Shown here in pieces: positions 1-11,078 of a stretch of 64,000 nt of DNA. A model generated the notes under the pieces. That model did no database searches and was not told the DNA's origin. It saw only the letters and a program-made list of their open reading frames with translations. Position numbers and translations under genes: made by a program. The stretch is from positions 64,183 to 128,182 of the forward strand of contig CAVXEP010000018.1 in assembly GCA_963760795.1 (NCBI GenBank), given 5' to 3'. This stretch comes from an uncultured delta proteobacterium (GTDB lineage: Bacteria; Desulfobacterota; Binatia; UBA9968). The number at the start of each line of letters is the position of its first letter. Position 1 is the stretch's first letter.

Positions 1-3000
1 GCAAACTACGGCTGAGTTCGGCGATGGGCAGATCTTGATGAGCAAAGGCTTCCTGCGCTACGGATCGGGTCTGTTGCAAAAGATCGTCGAACGACATCCG
101 CGGCGCTACGCGGGTTCGCAACACCACTGCATTGACGAAGTAGCCGATCAGATTTTCGCGTATGCGGCTGTTGGCGATTTGCCACTAAAGTGCCGATGCA
201 AAGATCGCGGCACCCGGTCAAACGGTAGAGCCACAAGTTTAACGCCGCCACCAGCACGACAAACGGCGTGGTTTTCCGCGCGCGCGCCAATTCGTGAATT
301 GCCGCGCTGACCGCCGCTTTCATATCCATCGACAGCCGTCCGCTCCGCAGTGTCAATTTTTTTCGCCGTTTGCCGACCGCAGGAAACTCGATCGTTGGCA
401 ACGGACCGGCCAACCGCTTCTGCCAAAAGTTGAGTTGATCGTCGAATCCGCCGGTATCCAACATGCGCCGCTGCCATCGACTGAAATCGACGAATTGGTA
501 CGGCAACGCCGCGACCGCCGCGGGCTCGCCTTGAGCAAAGGCTTTGTAAAACGCCACAAGCTCGCGGCGAAACAGCCGCATCGACCATTGATCGGCGATC
601 ATATGATGCATTGTCACCAGAAAAATATGTTCCGCCGCGGCCAACCGCACCAAAGTGACCCGGAACGGCGGCCCCTTGTCCAAGTCAAAAATCTCCTGGG
701 CATCCTCGTGGGAGATCCGCTGCAAGTTCGCTGCTGCGCTTTGGCTCTGGCTTCGCCGCCAAATCGAATCGCCTAAGCGGTACGCGCATTCGGCGCCGGA
801 CGACTTGGACGAGCTGGCCATGGCGCTCGTTTGAAGACCGTGCGCAACACCGCATGGCGCGCCATGATCTTTTCAATGGCACGCCGCAGCGCCGCCTGGT
901 TCAACCGGCCGCTCAGTCGGTACCCGTACGGGAGGTTCAGAAAATCCGCCCCCGACAACAGGTCATCCATGCGCCAGAAAAGGTCCTGAGCCGATGACAC
1001 CGGTAACGCACCGCCTTGTATGGCTCGACGGCAGGATTGGCGGCAGCGCCGCGCGCTCGCCTTTTTCGATCCGAGCAGCGACGCCGGCAACCGTCGGCGC
1101 ATCGAAAAACTCGCGCACGGAGAACTCGGCGCCAAATGCCGCGCGCAGCCGCGCGACTATCTGCATCGCCAATATCGAATGGCCACCGAGCTCGAAGAAG
1201 TCATCGTCGACGCCGATCCAGTCTAAACCCAGCCCTTCGCGCCAGATCGCGGCAACTTTCTCTTCGGTTTCGTTGCGCGGACCCACCAGCTTCGATTCAG
1301 CCGCGCGCTGGTGCGCCTGTGAGCTCCGGCAGCGCGCGTCGATCGATTTTGCCGTTGGGCAGAAGCGGTATGCGCTCCAACCGAACAAACCCCGCCGGTA
1401 CCATGTAAGCCGGCAGCATTTGCTGGAGATATTCGCGCAGCTCACGGTCGGTCGGCGGCATCTGAGGAAACAATGTACGCCACCAACGACTGTCGCCAAT
1501 TTTGCATTGGTCGCATCGCACCGCTGGCATCGGTCTGCAGCGGTCACAACACAGTCGTCGATCCTTGGATGACTGCGCAGCGCCGCTTCGATCTCGCCCG
1601 GTTCAACCCGCTGGCCGGCGAATTTGATTTGATTATCCGCGCGGCCGAGATATTCGAGATTGCCATCGGCGCGGTAACGCGCCAAGTCGCCGGTGCGAAA
1701 CAGCCGGGAGCCCGGATCGGCGCTGAACGGATTGACGACGAATTTTTCCGCGGTCAGTTCCGGCCGGCGCCAATAGCCCCGCGCCAAGCCGTCGCCGCCG
1801 ACATACAGTTCGCCGATGACGCCGACTGGCACGGGCTGGCGCTGCGCGTCCAGAAGATAACACCGTGGTGTTCGAAATCGGCCGGCCGATGGCCACCGTC
1901 TTCCCCGAAGTCCGGCCGTCATATTCAAAACAGCTTGCGTCGGCGGCGACTTCCGCCGAACCGTAGAGATTGAGCAACACCGCCTTGGGATGACTCTTGC
2001 GAAACCGCTCTGCGAGTTCAGTGCTCAGCGCCTCGCCGCTGCTGGTCCAGAGCTTTAGCCGCGGCAATTTAACCGTCAGATTGACGCCATCGTCGAGAAA
2101 GGCTTTTAGCAGCGACGGCACCAAGACAACACGGCTCACCCGCCGATGGGCGAGAAACTCGATCAGCAAATGGGGATCATGGGCGGTGTCATCGTCAGCG
2201 ATGGTCAGAGGAACGCCTTGCAGCAGCGGTCCGAATATTTCCCACACCGAATCGACGAAACTCAATGACGTCTTGCTGCAACAGACCTCGCCAGGACGAA
2301 ACGGATAGCGCCGCCACATCCAGTCACAACGATTGACCACGCCGCGATGAAGCCCGACCACGCCTTTAGGCAAACCGGTGGAACCTGAAGTGTAGATGAG
2401 ATAAGCGGCGCTTGCCGCCCTGGACAGTACTGTGGGATTCTCATGACTCTGGCCGGCGAATAGATCGGCATCGTCGAGACAAACCAGCGAAACATTCGCC
2501 TGGGAAATTGTGCCGGCGAGCTCTCGCTGGGTGAGCAAAAGGTCGATTTCAGCGTCAGCGACCATGAATTCCAAGCGCGCGTGCGGATAACTTGGATCGA
2601 GTGGCACATAAGCAGCGCCGGCTTTGAGAATCCCGAGCATGCCCACGACCATCTCAAGCGACCGCGCGACCAGCAGCCCGACGGGCTTGTCGGCGCCAAC
2701 GCCACGACCACGTAAAAAATGCGCCACGCGATTGGCATGCCGGTTGAGTTCGGCGAAGGTCAACGTTGACGATTGGAACTCTAGGGCAACGGCGTCGGGC
2801 GTGCGCGCGACTTGGGCCTCGAAGAGCTCGTGAATGCAGCTCTGGCTCGGATAAGCTGCCGCGCTGTCGTTCCATTCGACTAAGCATACGCCGCCGCTCG
2901 TTGGCACCGAGCAATTCTAACGCGCCGATAGCGCGATCGGGATTAGTGACAATATCATCGAGCAGCGGCGAAAAATGTCCCGCCATGCGCTCGATGGTCG

Positions 3001-4427
3001 CGGCGTCGAACAAATCGCTAGGCGTACTCGAAATAACCGAGCAACCGGCCGCCGCGCTCGCGCAAATAAAGCGAGAGATCGTACTGCGCCGTAGCGTTCT
3101 CCACTTCCACCGGGTCGATATCTAATCCTTCCGGCACCGCCCAACGGTTCGGCGTGTTCTGCAAAACAAAGAAAGCTTGAAACAACGGCTGGCGATTGAG
3201 CTCCCGGCGCGGCTTGAGTTCCTCGACCAGTTTCTCGAACGGGATAGCCTGGTGCGCGTAAGCATCGAGACAAACTTCGCGCACCCGCCGCAAATAGTCG
3301 CGAAAGCTTGGCTGGCCGCTCAGATCGCCGCGCAGAATCAAAGTGTTGACGAAGAAGCCGATCAGCCCTTCGCATTCGGCGTGAGGACGATGGGTCACCG
3401 CGGAACCCACGGCGATATCGTCCTGGCCCGAGTAACGATGCAGCAAGAGCTGAAACGCCGCCAACAGCACCATGAACTGCGTCGCTTTCTCCTGCGCAGC
3501 CAGGCGATTGAGCGACGCCGTTAACGATGGTGAAAAATTTATCGGGTAGCGTCCACCGCGAAAACTTTGCCGCACCGGCCGGGGCCGGTCGGTGGGCAGA
3601 TCGAGGGCTGCCACGCCATCCAGCTGTTTACGCCAGTACAGAAGTTGCTCCTGAAGCGGCGCCGTCTCCAAACGGCGGCGCTGCCAAATGGCAAAGTCAC
3701 CATATTGAATCGGCAATTCGGCCAAGGGGGATACTTGTCCAGCGGCGAAGGCCACGTAAAGTTGCCAAAGTTCGCCGACGAGAATTCCCATGGACCAGGC
3801 ATCGGCGACCAAATGATGGGTAGTTAGAAGCAAAATATGCTCAGCATCGTCGACTTGCAGTAAGCGCGCGCGCAGCAGTCGCCCCGCCGCCAGATCGAAG
3901 TAAGTTTCCGCTTCCAGCTTAATGCGCCGGCGCAGTTCGTTGTCACGTCGGGCGCCGGAAAGCCGACGCAGATCTGTTACCCGCAGCAACCTTGTGGCGT
4001 CGGCAACCGGAACTTGCATCGGTATGCCGTCGATCGTGCAAAACCTCGACCGGAGCACCTCATGGCGCCGGACAATCTCGTTGAGACTCGCGGCGAGAGT
4101 CTGGCGATGGAGCGGACCGCGTAGGCGGAACCCGCGGCATAAGTTGTAAACCGACCTTTCCGGCTCCAGTTGCGTCAAGAACCACAGACGTTCTTGGGCC
4201 AACGACAAAGGTGCCTCTACGGCTGTCCTGCGGCGCGGAACGGACGGCGCAACGCTTAAAGCACCGGCGCGAAGCCTCGTTAGCAGCTCGGCTTTTCGCG
4301 CGGCGATGGCTGCGCGCAGCTCATCATGCAGCGCGCCCTTGGGTGCGTTGATGCGCAGCTTATCGCCATCGGCGGATATCGCGATATCGAGCGCACGCAA
4401 CTGCGCGATGAAGTCCTCGGTATCTAT
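1..4427 (-). CDS. NRPS subunit 3: beta-hairpin (TubC-type) docking domain-C-A-T-C, frameshifted, continues past left edge
   Basis: Joined ORFs 3018..4400, 1633..2907, 963..1928, 773..1135, 6..821. Motifs: [12 protein letters not shown] docking domain, [49 protein letters not shown]. Confidence 0.9.
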
Positions 4428-7400
4428 ATCTCGATCTCCTCGCGCTCGCCGCCGCCAACCGCCACCGGCTCCACGTTCAAATTCAACGATGTCAGCGAGC
4501 GCGCCAACGCCGCCACCGTCGGCGCCGCGAGAAAGGCGCGTAACTCGATACCGACGCCGAAGTCATTTTTAATCCGCACCGCGGCTTGCGCGGCGAGCAA
4601 AGAATGGCCGCCGAGGCGAAAGAAATTATCCTCGACGCCGATCCGCTCTCGGCCCAATACCTCGGTAAATATCTCGCACAGCTTGGCTTCGACCTCAGAA
4701 CGCGGCGCGATGGCCGCAGCGCTCGACTGGGCGCGCGATTCCAGCACCGGCGGCAACGCGTCGTAGTCGAGCTTGCCATTGGGCCCCAGCGGCAGCCGGT
4801 CTAGCAGGACGAAATAACCCGGCACCATGTAGTCCGGCAGCTTGGCGGCAAGATAGGAACGTAAAACGTCGATCTCGCTTTCCCCTGCTTCGCTGGCGAC
4901 GACGCAAGCAACTAACCGTTTATCGAATTTTGGATTTTGGATTTGGGATTTTGGATTGTCGGATTCAGGAGTTGGGAAGTCTCTTGCGATCACCACTGCG
5001 TCGAGCACCGTCGAATGTTGTTTGAGCGCCGTTTCGATTTCCGCCAGCTCGACGCGGAAGCCACGGATGTTGACGCGCCGGTCGGATCGGCCGGCCCACT
5101 CGACATTGCCGTCGGGCCGATAGCGGGCGAGTTCGCCGGTACGATAGAGCCGGTCACGTCCGTCCCCGATGAATGGACTTGCGATAAACATCGCGGCGCT
5201 GCGCTCGTCGTCGTCCAGATAGCCCAAGGCCAAATGCGGGCTGCGCACATAGAGTTCGCCCAACTCACCGATGCCGCAAAGTCGCCGGCGCTTGTTTAGA
5301 ACCAGTAACTGCACGTCCTTGATACCGCGCCCCAACGGCAGCGGCCGCGATGACTGGTCAGCGGCGTCGAGGGTCTCGCCGCCAATCTCATAGTAGCCGA
5401 CGGCGCGCTGGGTCTCGGTGGCGCCGTAAAAACTGCCGATCACCGCCTTTGGCGCCAATCGGTGCATGCGCCGCACGTCGTCGCTGGTCAAGACATCGCC
5501 GCCGAAAAAGATCCGGCGCAGCGCCGGCAACGGCCGCTCACCGCCGGCTAAAAGCAACTGGCCCAGCGCCGGCGTGAGATGCAAAACCGTGATGCGATTT
5601 TCGTCCAACCATTTTGCCAGTAAGTCCGGCGCCCGGGCGGTGCGATCGTCGGGAATGTAAAGCGTCGCGCCGAGCGCCAGCGCGGTAAATAGGTCGCGAT
5701 GCAGATGACTGTAGGCCAGGCCGGAGAGCATGGCGAAGCGATCGCTCTCACGCAACTCGAAGGCGTCCGCGCTGCCAGGGCAGAAAATGCGTCATCGGCC
5801 CATGACCGCAGAGAACGGCTTTGGGTTCTCCGCTGGAGCCGGATGTAAAGGCGATATAGGCTGGATCGCTGCGCCGCTACCGGCACCGAGACACGGGCCG
5901 TTCTCGCTATGCGCCAGTGCTGCGATAATCGCTGCTTTGCCGCGCGCTAGAGTCATGTGAAATTTGACGTCCAATGCCTTCAGACAGCCGGCCAATTCCG
6001 CCGCGAGTTCGGCCGTGCCATCGAGTTTGATCCAAGCCCTAGGCCGAGCAATTCTCAGGTAATCCAGTGAGCGTGCCGCCGGGTACGCCGGATCGAGAAT
6101 CAAAAAGCTTGCGCCGGTTTGAAGAATTCCCAACAGGGCAACGACTAACGACGCATCGCGCGCAGCGTAGATCGCCACCACGTCCTTGGGTTTCACGCCG
6201 CCGGCACGGAGCGCGCTGCTAAGCCGCGCGGCGGCCTGATCAAGCTCGGCGTAGCTCCAACTCTCACCGCCCTGAACTAGCGCAGTTTTTGCCGGCGCAT
6301 GGCGCGTTTGCTCGGCGACCAGTTCATGAATCGCCCCCTCCCAGCGGTCATCGAGCACCGCCGTCGGATCGGGCAGCAACCCCTGCGCCGTTTCGCCAAC
6401 TAGTGAAAGCTCCTCAATCGCCAGCTCAGGACAGCGCAGCGCTTGCGCGAGGATCAGTTCGAATTGTTCGAGCACGGCAGCGATTCGCTCCGGGCGGTAA
6501 AGTTCGACATTGTAATCCACCGTGAGTTCCACGCTGCCAGCGATTTCCGGCGCCGACAGCACCAAATCGAATTTGGCGCCGGGGGCGCTTGCCATTATCT
6601 TGTCGATCTTGCAGCCAGACAGCGAAAACCTGCGCTCCGACAGGTCGGCGACATTGAAGAGAATATCGAACAGCGGATTGCGGCTGGGTGCGCGCGCCGG
6701 ATTGACCTCTTCGACCAATTTTTCAAACGGCAACTCTTGATTGCTGTACGCGTCCAAGCAAACTTCGCGAACTCGGCGCAGCAGGCCAACGAAACTCGGA
6801 TTGTCGCCAAGTTGAAGCCGAAGCGGCAGGACGTTGATAAAGAAGCCTATGACGCCTTCCATCGCCGCATGATTGCGCCCGCCAACCGTGGAGCCGATGA
6901 CGACATCGGTCTGGCCGCCGATCCGCGACAGCAACACGCTGAACGCCGCAAGCAAAGTCATGAACGATGTCACGCCCTGTTGACGAGTGAAACGGTTCAG
7001 CGCCGCACTGAGTTCCACAGGCAGGCGCCGTACCAATCTGGCGCCGCGGTAGCTGCGCGCCGCCGGACGAGGAAAATCCGTCGGCATCGATACTGGCGTC
7101 GGCAAACCGGCGAGATTACGCTTCCAGTAATCCAGCTCGGCAGCACAGGCCGGTGAGGCTAGCCACTGCTGCTGCCAAGCAGCGTAATCGGCAAATCGAA
7201 GCGGCAATGGTGCGGCTAACGCGACTTCCGTACGGCGATAAGACTCATAGCTCAATGAAAGTTCGCGAAAAAAGATCGCCAGAGAGGAACCATCGGCGAT
7301 GATATGATGAAAGTTCAAGATCAGCAGATGATCCTGCTCCGCCAGTTTGACCAAGTGAGCACGCCACAGCGGCGCCTGTGCCAAATCATAGGGCGTGCGA

Positions 7401-10400
7401 GCAACCAGGTCCGCCAGCCGACGCCATTCCGATTCCGCTTGGTCCTTGCGGCAAACCGGACAAATCGGTGATCGGCAGCGCAATCGTTATCTCCGCGACA
7501 ATTTCCTGGCAGGGTTCGCCGTCAACTTCTTTAATGGCGGTGCGCAGCGCCTCGTGGCGCGCAGTGACCAGATTCAACCCCTGCGCCAATGCTGCAACGT
7601 CGAGATCGCCGTCGATGCGAAATACCGCCGGTATATGGTAAGCAGCGAGATCGCCGTCAAGTTTTTGCAAGAACCACAAACGGCGCTGGGAAAATGACAG
7701 CGGCAAATTGCCGCCACGCGCGATTCGCGCCATCGGCACCACGCCCGTCCCTCTCTGATTACGGCGCAATATGGCAATTTCATCGGCGAGCCCGGCGACG
7801 GTGGGCCGTTCAAAGATTTTCCGCAGCGCCAGATCGACGTTAAAATGGCCGCGCAGGCGCGCCACCACGCGGGTCGCGAGCAGCGAGTGGCCGCCCAGCT
7901 GGAAAAAGTTTTCATTGCACGCCGAGCCGGTCGCCGTTTCAACACTTCGCGCCAAACCTGCGCCACCAGCTCTTCGATCTCGTCGCGCGGCTCGATAAAT
8001 TCACTGGGCAGCGCTGGTTCGCGGTCCATCCGGAGCAGGCAATGCCCGGCGGTCGACTTTACCGTTGGGCGTCAGCGGCAAGGCTGGCAAAGACATGAAA
8101 ACAGCCGGCACCATGCAGCTGGGCAACTTAGCGCTCAGGTAGCCACGCAAATCATTTTCCGCCAACGTCACGCCGTCTCGGGGCACCAAGTAGGCGACCA
8201 ACTCACTCTCGCCCTCGCCGCCGGTGGCCCCGGCGACGACCGCCGCATCCCGCACCGCTGGATGCAGTCGGAGAACGCTCTCAATCTCGCCCAATTCGAT
8301 GCGGTAACCGCGCAGCTTCACCTGGTTATCGGATGCGGCCGAGGTACTCCACGGTGCCGTCGGCCTGATACCGAGCCAGGTCTCCAGTGCGGTAAATCCG
8401 TGCACCGGGTTCACGGCTAAAGGGATTCGCGATAAAGCGCTCCGCGGTCAAGTCCGGCCGATTCAAATAGCCGCGCGCCACGCCGGCGCCGCCGATGTAA
8501 AGCTCGCCGACCACGCCGATCGGCACCGGCTGCATTACGCCGTCTAGAATATAGAGCTGGGTATTCGCCAGGGGCCGGCCGATGGGAACGGTAGCGCCAA
8601 CACCCTCGACGCGATGCATCGTCGACCAGATGGTGCTCTCGGTGGGGCCATAGAGATTCCACAACTCGCCGCAGCCACGTAAGCGATCGGCCAGAGTCGC
8701 GCGGGCAGCGCTTCGCCGCCGCAGAGAATTTTAAATTCGGCCATCGCCCTGCCAGCCGGCTTCGAGCAGCAGACGCCAGGTCGACGGCGTCGCCTGCATC
8801 GTCGTCGCGCCGGAACTCTTCAACCGTTGCGCCAAACGCTCGCCATCGCGCGCCTCGTCACGGCTGGCGACCACTAATTTGCCGCCCGTGATCAACGGCA
8901 ACAAGATTTCCGCCGCGGCGATATCGAAAGAAATCGTCGTCACCGCCAGCCAGACATCGGCTTTGGCTGATTTTCAAATGGCGCTGCATTGAGAGCAGGC
9001 AATTGACCAACGAGCGCTGTTCGATCTCGACGCCTTTAGGATGGCCGGTCGACCCCGAAGTGTAAATTACGTAGGCGAGATCGCGCGGTGAAGACCCGCG
9101 CTTAATATTCTCGCTGCTATGGGTTTCGATATTTCGTCGCTCACGATCTAATAAGATGACGATGGGGTCGAGAATGGAGGATTGAGGATCGAGGATCGCT
9201 ATCATCCATTTTCCATCCTCGATCGTCGGCGATACTCTTCTGGCTAATCAGCACCGACACCTGCGCGTCGTCTAAAATAAATTCCAGCCGTTCTCTCGGA
9301 TATTCCGGGTCGAGCGGCAAATAGGCCGCGCCGGCTTTGAGCACGGCGAGCAGTGCAACGACCATGTCGACCGAGCGCTCCAGGCATAGGGCGACGACGC
9401 AGTTTCGCCCGACGCCAAGTTTTGTTAAATAGCGCGCCAAGCGGTTGGCGCGGCGATTCAGTCGGCCGTAGGTCAAACGCTCCGGGCCGCACTCAAGCGC
9501 CAGCGCGCTCGGCGTGCGCTGCGCTTGGCGTTCGAACAATTGATGCACACAAGCCTTCGGTACAACCGCGCGCGTTCGGTTCCACTCGATCAACAAACGG
9601 CGGCGCTCCTTTTCGCCCATCATCGGCAGTCGGGCAATCGACCGATCTGGCTCGGCGACGATCGCGTTCAGCAGCGTGAGGAAATGTTGCAGCATGCGCG
9701 CGATGGTGTCGTCGGCGAATAGTGACCTGCGATATTCAACAAAGCCGCTGAGCCGGCCGTCGCGTTCGCCCAACGCCAGACTGAGATCGTATTTGGCCCC
9801 GCCGCTGTCGCAGTCGATGGCCTCGCTGCGAATGCCGTGCAGGCTCAATTCGGCGGGCAACTGGTTTTGAAACGTGAACAGCGTCTGGAAAATCGGCGTG
9901 CGGCTGGGATCGCGCGATTGCTTCAACTCATCGACCAGCCGCTCGAACGGCAGCTCCTGATGCGCCAGCGCCTCTTGCAAGTTAGTCGCGCAGCCTTGCC
10001 AGCAGTTGGGTAAATGTCGGATCGCCGGCGAGATCGCTGCGCAGCGCCAGGGTATTGACGAACGAGCCGATGAGATTCTCCAGCGCTGGATGGTCGCGAT
10101 TGGCCACCGGGAAACCGACAACGAGATCGTCCTGCCGCGTGTAGCGCCAGAGCAGGACGTTGAACGCCGCCATCAAGGTGACGAACAGCGTGTTCGACGC
10201 CCTGGCGCTCAGTTCTTTGAGCCCGGCGGTGAGCGCTTTGTCGAGTATGATTTTCTGCCGCGCGCCTTTTAAGCTCGCGGCTGCCGCCCGCGGCTTATCC
10301 GCCGGCAGATCGAGAACCGGCAACACGCCGCCCAACTGTTTTTTCCAATAGGCCAGTGGCGCCGCCAAGGCTGCATCGTCGAACCCCCGGCGCTGCCAAA

Positions 10401-11074
10401 GCGCGTAGTCGCCATACTGCACCGGCAACTCGGCGAGGGAAGCGGCTTCGGCTGCGCCGCCGTTGGCGTAAAGCGCTTCGAGTTCACGGTAAAACAGATC
10501 GAGCGAGCGGCCATCGCACACCGCCTGGTGCGCGACAAAAACGAAAACATGGTCTTGGCGATCGAGTTGAAGCAGCGTAACGCGCAGCAGCGGTTCGGCG
10601 CTAAGATTGAAACAATGGCCAGCTTCGGCGCCCACCCGCAGGCCGATTTCCTCGTCACGGAGATTGACGCGCGATATGGCGCAAATCGAACATTTGCAGC
10701 GCCGGCGCGGTCAACGGCAAGACCTGCTGCAGCGGCCGATCGCCGTCATTCGCCAACACTGTGCGCAGCACTTCGTGGCGCTGCACGATACGCTGCACGC
10801 AACGGCTGAGCAGCGTGACGTCGAGCGCCCCCTTGAGACGCCAAGCGCGGGCGACGTTGTAAACCGCACTGGCCGGCTCCCACTGCTGCAAAAACCACAA
10901 GCGCTCCTGAGCGAATGACAGCGGCACGACTGCGCCGCTGGGGCGCGGCGTGATTGCGCTCGCAGCACCAGCGTCTGAATCAGTACTTTTGTCCCGCAGC
11001 CGCGCCAGTAAACGCAGCTTGGCCGCGCCCAGCGCGGCGCCGGACTGGGGCTTGGAGTGGCGAGTCGTGTTCAT
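4424..11074 (-). CDS. NRPS subunit 2: C-A-T-C-A-T with C-terminal docking motif EEIEI, frameshifted
   Basis: Joined ORFs from 10655..11224 down to 4424..5755. Motifs: [44 protein letters not shown] twice, HHIIADGSS. Confidence 0.9.
4924..4966. repeat. Heptamer tandem repeat (GGATTTT-like) inserted in frame in an A domain
   Basis: ttttggattttggatttgggattttggatt encodes NPKSQIQNPKF. Confidence 0.75.
9168..9225. repeat. Heptamer tandem/inverted repeat (GAGGATC-like) inside an A domain
   Basis: gagaatggaggattgaggatcgaggatcgc...atccattttccatcctcgatc. Confidence 0.7.
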
Positions 11075-11078
11075 TCTA

